From positions 1,632,001 to 1,696,000 of the forward strand of contig NZ_JAQNDL010000003.1 in assembly GCF_028368995.1 (NCBI RefSeq): a DNA stretch of 64,000 nucleotides, in the 5' to 3' direction. The stretch comes from Nannocystis bainbridge. Lineage in GTDB: Bacteria > Myxococcota_A > Polyangia > Nannocystales > Nannocystaceae. Positions within the stretch are counted from its first letter, which is position 1, and every line of letters starts with the position of its first letter. Positions 10,070-19,442 of the stretch are shown piece by piece. Made by a program: the position numbers and the translations under genes. The notes beneath the pieces were generated by a model that saw only the letters and a program-made list of their open reading frames with translations, did no database searches and had not been told where the DNA came from.

Positions 10070-11158
10070 ATGCCGCGCCTCACCAGCCTCGCCGCCGTCC
10101 TGCTCGCTGCCGCGTGCAACGGGGGCGACGGCCAGGAGACGGTCTTCAGCACGAGCATCACCACGGCCCCGATGGGGAGCAGCTCGAGCACCTCGAGCAC
10201 CTCGACGTCGACAACCTCAAGCGAGGCTTCGACGTCAGCTAGCTCCGAGAACTCGACCAGTTCGACCAGCTCCACCTCGGGCTCGACCGGCGCCATCCCC
10301 GACCTCGGCCTGATCCCCGACGGCGGCGACGGCCCGCCTCCCGGCTGCAAGGGCAAGGTCGACCTCCTGTTCACCATCAGCAGCCATCCGACGATGGAGA
10401 TCAAGCAAGCGCGGCTCAAGGCCAGCTTCCCGGGCTTCATGGCCACCCTGGAGAGCGAGTTCGCGGACTTCGACTATCACATCCTCTCCTCGAACACGTC
10501 CGGCTTCTGGGGTTATCCGAGCTGCGTCGGCTGCCAGGACATCTGCGCCGACCTGCCCGAGTACCCGTGCGGGACCTCGCCGGAGCCCTGCGACTCCATC
10601 CGCGGCGCGGGCGTCACCTACCCGATCGGCAAGCACGCCAGCAACCAGCGCTGCGAGCTCGCCAGCGGCCTCCGCTACATCACCGCCGGCCAGCCCATGA
10701 CCGAGGACGCCTTCACCTGCATCGCCTCGATGGGCACCAACGGCGCTGACGGCGTCGCCGAGACCACCGTCCTCGCGCTCGCCGACGACCTCGACGCGCC
10801 CGGCGCCTGCAATGAAGGCTTCCTCCGCGACGACGCGCTGCTCGTCGTCGTCGCCATCCAGGACACCTACGATCCGTTCAGTGAGGGCACCGCGAAGGAC
10901 TGGCGCGACGCGCTCGTGGAAGCAAAGGGAGGTGACGCAGACGCGGTGGTCCTGCTCGTGATCTCGACCGACGTCGACGAGCCCGTGGGACTGTGCGGCT
11001 ACAAACCCAACAACTCCGAGCACAAACTCCGCACATGGACCGAACTCATGCAACCGAACGCCCTGTTCGGCTCGATCTGTGCCGAAGGTTACGACGACTA
11101 CTTCGCCACCGTGGCGAAGATGATCAAGTCGCAGTGTGACGTGTTCGTGCCTCAGTGA
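10070..11158 (+). CDS. Myxobacterial lipoprotein with vWA-like domain (tandem paralogue 2)
   Basis: Near-identical to 8875-9957 over most of its length; lipobox LAAAC. Start 10034 or 10070. Confidence 0.75.
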   Translation: MPRLTSLAAVLLAAACNGGDGQETVFSTSITTAPMGSSSSTSSTSTSTTSSEASTSASSENSTSSTSSTSGSTGAIPDLGLIPDGGDGPPPGCKGKVDLLFTISSHPTMEIKQARLKASFPGFMATLESEFADFDYHILSSNTSGFWGYPSCVGCQDICADLPEYPCGTSPEPCDSIRGAGVTYPIGKHASNQRCELASGLRYITAGQPMTEDAFTCIASMGTNGADGVAETTVLALADDLDAPGACNEGFLRDDALLVVVAIQDTYDPFSEGTAKDWRDALVEAKGGDADAVVLLVISTDVDEPVGLCGYKPNNSEHKLRTWTELMQPNALFGSICAEGYDDYFATVAKMIKSQCDVFVPQ

Positions 11159-11161
11159 CGG

Positions 11162-12829
11162 CTAAGGGTAGAGACGTAGAGCGAACGCCCGTGGCTGCAA
11201 GGCGTCGAACTCGCTGCCCGTGATGTACGCGTACCCCCACGCGTCGAGCGCCAGACCCGCGGCCTCGTCGGGCCCCTGGCCGGGACCATTACGGACGACC
11301 TCCCATGCCCTCGCGCCGAACGGTCCGGGCACTGCGAAGATCCAGGCGTTCGCGTCGGTCTTGGGCTGTTGCCGGGTCCCGGCGATGATGATCTTGCCCT
11401 CGCGGTCCTCGCCGAGCGCCAAGCCGACCGCCTCACTCGAGGGCGTCGGTTCGATGCGCATGGCGCCGGCTTCTCCTTGTGCCGAGAACCAGCGCGTCAC
11501 GACCTGACGGATCGATTCTTTGTTGCGACCCCATCCGGTCATCACGAAGCCGCCCGCACGCAGAGGGGCGATCGCCATCCCCGCGTCCTCGTCCAACAAT
11601 TCGCCCGTCGAAGTCCACTCTGCAACGGGAACGCCGTCGAGCGTGTAGTGCAGAACGGTCGCCCGTCGAACGGGGTCGTTTTCTGCGTTCGTGGTATCGC
11701 GCTCACCAACCACCACGACCTCGTCACCCACCACCGCGACTCCGCGCGCAACTTCATCCCGCTCGTTGAACTTGTCTTCTCCCGGCGGCGCCGCGAACGA
11801 ACTCGCGGAGATCACCTCGCCCGTCTCCGCCGACACCCACCACACCCAAAGGTCATGCGTGTTTGGCCCTTGCGCGACCGCCCCGCCCAGCACCAGTACA
11901 TCGCCCACCACCGCGATCGCGTTCACCGACGAATCGAGCGGCCCTGTCCACGTCTGCCCCTTCGCCTCCCCGAATTTCACCCACGACACTGCCCACCGCG
12001 TCGTCGCCTCTGCCGGCTCCGTCCACGCCACGAACACCTTCTCATCGCTCGCCGCCGCGATCGCCGGCCCGCGCCCCGCGCCCGTCACTGCCACCGCTCC
12101 GAGCAGCACCGGCGCGCCCTCCGGTTGGCCCGTCGTACCGTCGATCCGCACTGCCACCGCCTCGAGCCCGTCCTTCGTCTCGAAGAAGCCTGCTGCCCCG
12201 ATCCCGTTGCCCAGCAGGGCCGCCCCGCAGAACCCGTTGATCGGCCCCGCCTTCACGTACGGCGGCCACACGTCCGTGCCTCCGGGCTGCACATCGATCA
12301 GCAGCTCCTTCTCCGCCTCGCCGCTCCCCCCGTCGGCCGCGTGCACCACCGCCCGGATCGTGTGCGAGCCGTCGCCCGGCACCGCCTCCGAAGTCACCTC
12401 GAACACGTGCACCGGGCTCGCCGGCACCGCGGCGAGCACCAGCGCCACGTCATCATCGAACAGATCGATCGACGTCACCGGCCGCGACGTCCACACCGAC
12501 ACCTGCACCTCGCCGGCCGCGATCGTCGGCGACGGATCGAGGAACAGCTCGACCTCGACCGGCAGCGGCGCCTCACCGCTCGTCCCCGAACCGGTGCTCG
12601 AGCCCGGCTCCTCGACCGCCGTGGTGCCGGGGTTCTCGTCGGGTCCGGTCACTGTCTGGATCTCCCCGCCGCTGCTCGCCTCCTCACCGCCCGAAGATCC
12701 GGTCGTGCACGCATCGACCTCGGCGCAGCCCACAAGCGCCGGCCACGGCGCCGTGCAGGCGAGGTTCGACGCGAACGCGAGGGAGAGCGAAACGCGGAGA
12801 GCGGTGGACATCTGGGGCCTCGCGGGCAT
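11162..12829 (-). CDS. Secreted lipoprotein with Ig-like domain and probable beta-propeller
   Basis: Lipobox-like LAFASNLAC, S/T/G linker, repeated D.A.G.A.D..G...V.G blades. Last gene of the kinase module. Confidence 0.65.
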   Translation of the reverse strand: MPARPQMSTALRVSLSLAFASNLACTAPWPALVGCAEVDACTTGSSGGEEASSGGEIQTVTGPDENPGTTAVEEPGSSTGSGTSGEAPLPVEVELFLDPSPTIAAGEVQVSVWTSRPVTSIDLFDDDVALVLAAVPASPVHVFEVTSEAVPGDGSHTIRAVVHAADGGSGEAEKELLIDVQPGGTDVWPPYVKAGPINGFCGAALLGNGIGAAGFFETKDGLEAVAVRIDGTTGQPEGAPVLLGAVAVTGAGRGPAIAAASDEKVFVAWTEPAEATTRWAVSWVKFGEAKGQTWTGPLDSSVNAIAVVGDVLVLGGAVAQGPNTHDLWVWWVSAETGEVISASSFAAPPGEDKFNERDEVARGVAVVGDEVVVVGERDTTNAENDPVRRATVLHYTLDGVPVAEWTSTGELLDEDAGMAIAPLRAGGFVMTGWGRNKESIRQVVTRWFSAQGEAGAMRIEPTPSSEAVGLALGEDREGKIIIAGTRQQPKTDANAWIFAVPGPFGARAWEVVRNGPGQGPDEAAGLALDAWGYAYITGSEFDALQPRAFALRLYP

Positions 12830-12833
12830 TGGC

Positions 12834-13829
12834 TCAAAATCGAGCACGGAAAGCAACACCGCCAGGAACGGGAATTACGGCCGTCTGCGACGCCCTCCGC
12901 GCCATGCGACGGCCGCCCACGGCCAGCAGCACCGCCCCCACCACCGTCGCCGCCCCGCCCGCCAGCGCGAGCACCAGCGTTGGCGTCCCCAGGCGCTCGT
13001 AGTCCCGCCGCAGCGCGGCGTCCTGCGCGAGTTGAGCGTCCGTTGCATGGCCATCGACCCGCTCGTGGAGCTCGCGCGCCTGTCGTCGAACCCCCAGCAT
13101 GCTCGCGCCGGTGTACGTCGCCACGCCCGCGAGCACGAGACCCAGCCCCAGAGTCACGCCACCGCCGACGATCAGCTCGCGATCATGATCGCGGCGCGAC
13201 GAAGCATCGGTCTCACGCGCAGGCTCGGCCCGCCGCGACTCCGCAGCGCGAGCCGTCCCGGCCCGCCGCGACACCGGGAGCAGCTCACCCACCGCTCGGC
13301 CCTCCGGCATCGGCTGCCTCCGCGCGACATTGTCCGCAGCCGCAGGCGAGCTCGCAGGGCTCGGAGGCGCATCCACGGCCCCCGTCACGGCCTCGGACGG
13401 CCCCTCTCCTCGCTGCACCTCGCCCCTGGCCACCAGCAGCGGCGGATCGGCCCGCGACGGCTTCACCGGCCGCTCGCAGCGCACCCCCGCCTTCTGCTCG
13501 CGCGCTCTCAGATCGCCCAGCGACCGCTCGATGCTCGCGCGCTGCTCCGGCGGCTGATCCTTGATCGCCACGCTCCGATCGTAGAGGCGACGCGCCGCGC
13601 ACAGGTGCTGCGGATCACCTGACCGATCGAACAGGGCCAGCCACGAGCGGTGCGCCACGCTCAGGTAGAGCGCCCGCTGGCCGTCGTTCTTCGCCTCCCT
13701 GGCGCGGCGCGTGAACAGCTCCGCCTTGCAGCGGTTGTCGGTGAGCTCGCACGCCTTCGCAGCGCCCGCGGGCGCCGACGCGGCTTCGAACGCGAGCAAG
13801 CCCGCGAGTGACCAGGACATCAGGTTCAT
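12834..13829 (-). CDS. Secreted/membrane protein with TPR-like N-terminus and C-terminal hydrophobic segments
   Basis: Signal peptide, helical N-domain, two hydrophobic segments, C-terminal GVAFRARF. ATGA overlap with the kinase gene. Confidence 0.6.
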   Translation of the reverse strand: MNLMSWSLAGLLAFEAASAPAGAAKACELTDNRCKAELFTRRAREAKNDGQRALYLSVAHRSWLALFDRSGDPQHLCAARRLYDRSVAIKDQPPEQRASIERSLGDLRAREQKAGVRCERPVKPSRADPPLLVARGEVQRGEGPSEAVTGAVDAPPSPASSPAAADNVARRQPMPEGRAVGELLPVSRRAGTARAAESRRAEPARETDASSRRDHDRELIVGGGVTLGLGLVLAGVATYTGASMLGVRRQARELHERVDGHATDAQLAQDAALRRDYERLGTPTLVLALAGGAATVVGAVLLAVGGRRMARRASQTAVIPVPGGVAFRARF

Positions 13830-16138
13830 GGCGTGTACTCCTCGGTGAACGTCTGCGCCTCCGTCGGCGCGAAGCGGATCGTCCGGACTGCCTCACGCAC
13901 GCAGCGCTCGCTCGCATCGTCGCTGCCGTGCGCCTGCACCCGCACGAACTCGCTGCGACCGGCCGCCGCCTCGAACTCGACCAGCAACAGCCCGCCCGCC
14001 AGCGCCGAGCAGCGCCGCAGCTCGGCCGTCGCCCGCGAGACCGCGTCACGCATCGTCGGCAGCGGCGGCGGCGGCGACGAGGCGGGCTCCACGACCTGCT
14101 CCGGCTCCTGGGCCTTGATCGGCTGCGGCGCCTCTACCGGCTGCGCGGCGGGCAGCGAGACAGGCAATGCAATCACCGGCGGCTCGCGCGTCGCCTGCCA
14201 CACCACCATTCCACCGAGCACCGCCCCGATCGCCGCGGCCACCGCCACTCGCCCCAACGCCCCGCCGAAGCCCCCACGCTCGGCCACCGGCGCGGCCACG
14301 GCGACCCGGTCATCGTGCGCGTCGGCCCTCTCGCTCTCCCCCACCGCCTCGTCACATGTCTCTTCGGCCATCTCGTCGGCGGCCGCCTCCAGCTTGGCCA
14401 GCAACCCGCGCATGTCGACTCGCGCGCCCGGCTCGTCCGCGAGCGTGTTCAGTAGCGCGTTCGCCAGCGCGGGCGGGCACGCCGGCACGTGCGAGCGCGG
14501 CGACACCAGCTCCCCGCGCTCGTCTCGGATCGGCCGCCGCCCCGTGAGCAGCTGGTACAGCAGCAGCCCGAGCGAGTACACGTCGCTCTTCGCGGTCCAG
14601 CCCTTGCCCGCGCGGGCCTCGGGCGCCGTCCAGTCGAGCCGCTCGAGCCCGCCGGTCCCCAGCTTCACCCGCGCCTCCGGCGGCGTCGGGTAGCGCTGCT
14701 CGAACGCCGCGTAGAACTTCGCCTCGAGCTCGACCATCCCGCAGTCGATCAGCGCCGCCTTCGGCTCACCCGACAGATCGATCAGCACGTTGTGCCCGTG
14801 CACGTCGCGGTGCACGACGCCGTGCGCGTGCAGGGCCGCCAGCGCGCCCGCCAGTTGCTGGCCGACCGTGAGCACCTGCCCGGGCTCCAGCTTGCCGCCG
14901 AGGTAGATGCTGCGCGCCGAGACGCCGCGCATCAGCGACATGGCGATGTAAGGCCGCCTGCGCGTCATCGCCGTGCGACAGTCGTGCAGCTCCGGCAGCG
15001 CGGGATGACGGACCGCTCGCAGCGCCCGCGCCTCCCGGGCGAAGCGCACCCGCTCCTCGGGCTCCTGGCTCGCTCGCTCGCGCAAGATCTTGAGCGCCAC
15101 GTAGCGCATCGCGTCGCGGTGATACGCCCGATGCACCTCCGCCTTCGCGCCGGCCCCCAGCAGCTCGATCAGCTCGTAGCAGCCCTCGAACAGGAACGGC
15201 GAATCATCCTCGACATGCTCGACCCGCACCCGCTCCAAGCGACGCTGAAACTCCGCGACCGTGGCGAGCCGATCCTCCGGCGCTGGCGCGAGCGCGTCGG
15301 CGACCAGCCTCTCGAGCTCGGGCGGGACGCCGCTGCCGGGCCGGGCCTCGCCCATCGGCCGATAATCCCCTGGATCCGGCAGACGGCCGGTGCAGAGCAG
15401 ATAGATCGTCGCGCCGAGCCCGAACACGTCGAACCTCGGGTTCGGACGCTCGAGCGGCGCCTCGGGCGGATAGAAGCCGTCGGTCCCGAGCACCTTGCCG
15501 ACGTCCGTCTGGTGCCGCGGCGGCACCCCGGCCGAGCTCTGCACGCGCTGCCACGCGTCGACCTTGGCGATCCCCAGATCGATCAACTTCACGAAGGGCC
15601 GGCTGGTCGCGCTGCCGACCACGACGATGTTGCTCGGCTTCACGTCACGATGGACCACACCGACGTGATGCAGCGCCTCGAGCGCGGCCGCGACCTGGGC
15701 GACCATCTCCACCACCTCGAGCCACGGCAACGGCCCCTCTCGCACCAGCCGCTCGTCGAGGTTCTGCCCCGGCAACCGCTCGAGCACCATGAACGGCGCG
15801 CCGCTGTCGGTCTCGCCGACCGCGAGGACCTGCACGAGGTGTGGGTGCCGTAGGTGCGTGAGGATCCGTCCCTCGTCGACGAAGCGACGCCGAGCGTCCT
15901 CGTCCGCGACCATGAGGATCTTGACCGCGGCGTTGAGGTTCTTGCACGCCCACACGCACGACATGCCGCCGGAGCCGAGCAGCTCGCCCAGCTCGAAGTA
16001 CCCGCCGACAACTCGCGCGCCAGCGGCTGCGCGGAGGCCGGCGGGGCCATCCCCCGTGGGCGTGACATCGTCCTCGCCAGCGACGGCGAACAGAGTCCAG
16101 CCTCGGACATTGGGACGCGGCGGTGCAGGACCCTTCAT
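13826..16138 (-). CDS. Membrane-anchored Ser/Thr protein kinase with two tandem kinase domains
   Basis: Domain 1: GSGGMS, AVK, HRDVKPSN, DLG, PPE. Domain 2: GAGAKA, ALK, HRDVHGHN, DCG, APE, DVYSLG. One TM segment and a small Cys-containing extracytoplasmic domain. Confidence 0.9.
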   Translation of the reverse strand: MKGPAPPRPNVRGWTLFAVAGEDDVTPTGDGPAGLRAAAGARVVGGYFELGELLGSGGMSCVWACKNLNAAVKILMVADEDARRRFVDEGRILTHLRHPHLVQVLAVGETDSGAPFMVLERLPGQNLDERLVREGPLPWLEVVEMVAQVAAALEALHHVGVVHRDVKPSNIVVVGSATSRPFVKLIDLGIAKVDAWQRVQSSAGVPPRHQTDVGKVLGTDGFYPPEAPLERPNPRFDVFGLGATIYLLCTGRLPDPGDYRPMGEARPGSGVPPELERLVADALAPAPEDRLATVAEFQRRLERVRVEHVEDDSPFLFEGCYELIELLGAGAKAEVHRAYHRDAMRYVALKILRERASQEPEERVRFAREARALRAVRHPALPELHDCRTAMTRRRPYIAMSLMRGVSARSIYLGGKLEPGQVLTVGQQLAGALAALHAHGVVHRDVHGHNVLIDLSGEPKAALIDCGMVELEAKFYAAFEQRYPTPPEARVKLGTGGLERLDWTAPEARAGKGWTAKSDVYSLGLLLYQLLTGRRPIRDERGELVSPRSHVPACPPALANALLNTLADEPGARVDMRGLLAKLEAAADEMAEETCDEAVGESERADAHDDRVAVAAPVAERGGFGGALGRVAVAAAIGAVLGGMVVWQATREPPVIALPVSLPAAQPVEAPQPIKAQEPEQVVEPASSPPPPLPTMRDAVSRATAELRRCSALAGGLLLVEFEAAAGRSEFVRVQAHGSDDASERCVREAVRTIRFAPTEAQTFTEEYTP

Positions 16139-16292
16139 TCCGGGTCAGGGTGCCACACGCGCCTCATCGCCAGTCAGGCCCTCACGTTCCGGCGTGTCGA
16201 CAGATGCGCCGCGACGCAATCACGTAGCGCACCACCAACAATATAGCGAGTCCGTGCCGCGTCGCCGCCACCGCGACGCAGCACTCGCGCGC

Positions 16293-16865
16293 TCACTCGG
16301 CGACGGTCACCTCGTAGCTCGTGAACGACGGCACCGTCCCGCAGTCGGGGTTGTCCAGCATCGGCCCTGCCTCGAGGTCGAACTGGAAGCTCCCCGCCTC
16401 CGTCGGCGTCCCGGCGAGGATGCCCGACTCCACCGTGAACTCGAGCCCTGGCGGCAGCGTGCCCGTCAGCGTCCAGGCCGTGTTGTCCTCGAGCCCCGGC
16501 ACCACGAACGCGATCTCGACCGCCGTCCCGACCGTCAGCGGCTCGATCTCACCCGGCTCGATCGGCGGCAGGAAGTTCTCGCAGTCCACCCCCGTCGTCG
16601 TCGTCAGCGGCGGATCCTCGGTCGTGCTGGCATCCTCCGTCGTCGCGCTCTCGGTCGTGCTCTCGGTCGTCTCGCCGGTGCTCGTGGGCTCGCCGGTGCT
16701 CGTGGGCCCGCTCGTGCCGGTCGGTTCGTCCGTCGTCCCGGTGCTCGTGCCGGTGGTCGAGTCGGAGTCCGTCTCGCCGCTTTCGGGCTTGCAGGCGACC
16801 AGCGCCAGACCCAGCAGCCATGCGCTCGCCCGCGGGTTTGCGAAGTTCAAGGAAATTCGAAGCAT
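16293..16865 (-). CDS. Lipoprotein with Thr-rich stalk and putative Ig (He_PIG-like) domain
   Basis: Lipobox LALVAC; WTLTGTLPPGLEF...GILAGTPTEAGSFQF. Confidence 0.75.
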   Translation of the reverse strand: MLRISLNFANPRASAWLLGLALVACKPESGETDSDSTTGTSTGTTDEPTGTSGPTSTGEPTSTGETTESTTESATTEDASTTEDPPLTTTTGVDCENFLPPIEPGEIEPLTVGTAVEIAFVVPGLEDNTAWTLTGTLPPGLEFTVESGILAGTPTEAGSFQFDLEAGPMLDNPDCGTVPSFTSYEVTVAE

Positions 16866-16996
16866 GCGGAGCGTCTAGCACGTGCGCACCGGAGCGTCGA
16901 GCCGCACCCGTTCCCGGGCGCGCCGTCCTCGGTGAACGCCCCCCATGTTCACCGCGACCGCGCAAACGCGGCGCGAGCGAGCGCTGTGGTCACGCG

Positions 16997-17680
16997 CTAT
17001 CGCTGCTGCTTCTTCGTCGAATTGCGCACGACCTCGCCGTCATGCACGACACCGCTGTCACGCAGCAGCGCCGACTTCAGCATCCCTGCCAACCATTGCT
17101 CGTAGCGCTCCCCCGGCCAGCCGCGCCCCGATACCAGCAGGCGGAACAGCTCCCGATTGGTCATCGCCCACAGCACGTCGCGCGCCGCTTCGACGTCGAG
17201 GTCCTCGCGCAGCTGCCCCGCGCTCGCCATCGCCTCGACCAGCCCGCGTTGTGCCTCGCGGCGACCGAGCTCGCCCTCGCGCTCGAGCGCCGCCAGCTCG
17301 GGCGCCACCACACCGACCCCGCGCAACAGCTCGAGCTCGACGCGCTCGCCCTCGTAGACCGTCCTCGCGACCTTCGCCGCCAGCGCCAATCGCTGCACCG
17401 GATCGTCGGTCGCCAGGGCGGCCGTCACCGCCGTCTCGTACGCCTCTCCGAACCGCGCCTGGTGGATCAGCTCCGCCACGATCCCGCGCTTCGATCCGTA
17501 CGCCGCGTACACCGTCGGCGCCGCCACCCCCGCCGCGCGGGCGATCGCGTCGATCGTCGTGTCTTCATAACCGTGCGTCCCCAGCAGCGTGCGCGCCGCG
17601 GCCAGGATCTGCTGCCGCGTCGCGTCGGCCTGGCGACGGCGCGCGGGCGAGTGATACGGGCGGGCTTCGGGCTTGGCCAT
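16997..17680 (-). CDS. TetR/AcrR family transcriptional regulator
   Basis: TRQQILAAARTLL..HGYEDTTIDAIARAAGVAAPTVYAAYGSK HTH. Confidence 0.9.
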   Translation of the reverse strand: MAKPEARPYHSPARRRQADATRQQILAAARTLLGTHGYEDTTIDAIARAAGVAAPTVYAAYGSKRGIVAELIHQARFGEAYETAVTAALATDDPVQRLALAAKVARTVYEGERVELELLRGVGVVAPELAALEREGELGRREAQRGLVEAMASAGQLREDLDVEAARDVLWAMTNRELFRLLVSGRGWPGERYEQWLAGMLKSALLRDSGVVHDGEVVRNSTKKQQR

Positions 17681-17711
17681 CGCGGGCGCGCACCATACCG
17701 CAGCCGCGGCG

Positions 17712-18347
17712 TCAGTACGCGATCTCGACCAACGCGCGCACGGTCGCCGGGTCGTCGAGGTGCGCGAGCACGTAGTCCGCCACATCCGCGCGGGAGATCG
17801 TCGCGGCCCGCGCCAGCGGCGTATCGATCGCCACCCGGTAGCGACCCCGGCGGCGCCCGTTCGTCAGCCGCGGCGGCCGCACGATCGTCCACTCGCGCGA
17901 GCTCTCGCGCAGCCGCACCTCCATCGCCCGCAAGTCGTCGAACGGGTGGCGCAGCAGCGGCTGCAGCACGTGCCGCATGAACATGCGCAGCGGCCACGGC
18001 TGCAACTCTCCATCCCCGAGCCCTGCCGCCGACACGCAGACGATCCGCCGCACCTCGCAGCGCTCCATCGCGGTCAGCATGTGGCCCACCCCGTCGCGGC
18101 AGATCGTCGTCGGCGCGCGCGACGTCCCGGACCCGAGCGCCGACAGCACCGCGTCGTGCCCGGCGATCGCCGCCTCGACGCTGCTCGCGTCGAACACATC
18201 ACCGCGCCGCACCGTGAGCCGCGCGTGCTTCGCCGTCACCGCCTCCGGCCGGCGCGCCACCGCCGTCACCGTGTGCCCGGCCGCCAGCGCCTGCGCCACC
18301 AATTGCTCGCCGGTCCCACCCGTCGCGCCGAAGACGACGAGCCGCAT
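17712..18347 (-). CDS. NAD(P)H-binding oxidoreductase (flavin reductase/atypical SDR)
   Basis: MRLVVFGATGGTG Rossmann motif, WTIVRPPRL, ISRADVA. Confidence 0.88.
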   Translation of the reverse strand: MRLVVFGATGGTGEQLVAQALAAGHTVTAVARRPEAVTAKHARLTVRRGDVFDASSVEAAIAGHDAVLSALGSGTSRAPTTICRDGVGHMLTAMERCEVRRIVCVSAAGLGDGELQPWPLRMFMRHVLQPLLRHPFDDLRAMEVRLRESSREWTIVRPPRLTNGRRRGRYRVAIDTPLARAATISRADVADYVLAHLDDPATVRALVEIAY

Positions 18348-18829
18348 CACGACCCCCTCGCCTGCGGCGGCCCGCTCTGCACCCACGATTCGGCGATCTT
18401 GCCGTCGACCATGCGAAACATCGACATCGCCGGCATCACCACCGCGTCGCCGCTCGGCGGCGTCCCGCGGAACGCCCCCACGTGGCGCCCGAACAGCTTC
18501 CACCGCACCGCCACGCGGTCGCCCTCGGCCATCGCGTCTTCGACGACGAACCGCGGCGCCTCGAACGTCTTGCGCAGGAACGCCGCCCCCGACGCCATCC
18601 CTTCCGGCCCGGCGATCCCGGTATTGATATTGACGAACTCGTCCGCGACGAGCTCGCGCAGCACATGGTCCCGCCCGCCGTTGAACACCTCGTCGAACAA
18701 ACGAAGCACCGCCGCCTTGTTGGCAGCCGCCACTCGAGCCTCGGACATCACACCCCCCTCGCCGCAGGCCGACAGACACAGCACGACCGCGAGGGCCTGC
18801 AGCCGGGCGGTCTTGATGGAGCTGAGCAT
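18347..18829 (-). CDS. SnoaL-like ester cyclase family protein
   Basis: NKAAVLRLFDEVFN...AEGDRVAVRW..G.H.G.F.G.PPSG...DGKIAESW. Alternative start 18748. Confidence 0.8.
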   Translation of the reverse strand: MLSSIKTARLQALAVVLCLSACGEGGVMSEARVAAANKAAVLRLFDEVFNGGRDHVLRELVADEFVNINTGIAGPEGMASGAAFLRKTFEAPRFVVEDAMAEGDRVAVRWKLFGRHVGAFRGTPPSGDAVVMPAMSMFRMVDGKIAESWVQSGPPQARGS

Positions 18830-18834
18830 GCGCA

Positions 18835-18891
18835 ACGATATTCAATATTGTTTCATTAAGTCAAATACAAAATCATATTGATAAATCAATA
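18835..18891 (-). promoter_or_regulatory. Sigma70-like promoter and candidate operator for the SnoaL-SDR-TetR unit
   Basis: AT-rich patch. Minus strand reads TTGACT (18864-18859), 18 nt, TATCGT (18840-18835), 5 nt before the ATG at 18829. Perfect inverted repeat TATTGAT-AA-ATCAATA at 18876-18891. Confidence 0.6.
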
Positions 18892-18964
18892 ACTTGAGAT
18901 TCACACCCGGGCTCCAGTCCAAAACCTGACCGCGCGACCAACTCTGACCTCCAAGCGTATCTTT

Positions 18965-18984
18965 GGACATGTCCCAGGGGACAG
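18965..18984. repeat. 14-bp palindromic site (TGTCC-CAGG-GGACA) with adjoining half-site
   Basis: GGACATGTCCCAGGGGACAG in the divergent intergenic region. Confidence 0.75.
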
Positions 18985-19109
18985 AAATACTCATCTCGCC
19001 CCTCGCTCGTTTCCGCCCTTTAATCGCCCTGGACGCTCTGAGACCCACTCTGCGCCCTCTATACTTTCGCCCTTCCAAAACTCACCCATCCGGGTGAACA
19101 TCATCGCGC

Positions 19110-19442
19110 ATGAGCCTCGACCACACCTTGTCGGCCCTCGCCGACCCGACGCGCCGGGCCATCTTTCAGCGCCTGAGCGGCGGCGAGGCGCGCGTCACCG
19201 ACATCGCCGGGCGGTTCCCGATCTCGCTGAACTCGGTCTCGAAGCACATCCGCGTGCTCGAGCGCGCCGGCCTCGTGCGTCGGCGCGTCGCCGGGCGCGA
19301 GCACCTCCTCACCGCCGACCGGCGGCCGCTCGACGAGCTGGCGGTGTGGGTCGAGCAGACGCGCGCCTTCTGGTCCGATCGACTCGACGCGCTCGCCGCC
19401 CTGCTCGCGCAAGAAGACCACGATTGCAAGGAGCAACCATGA
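19110..19442 (+). CDS. ArsR/SmtB family transcriptional regulator
   Basis: ALADPTRRAI...VTDIA..F.IS..SVSKHIRVLERAGLV. Confidence 0.9.
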   Translation: MSLDHTLSALADPTRRAIFQRLSGGEARVTDIAGRFPISLNSVSKHIRVLERAGLVRRRVAGREHLLTADRRPLDELAVWVEQTRAFWSDRLDALAALLAQEDHDCKEQP

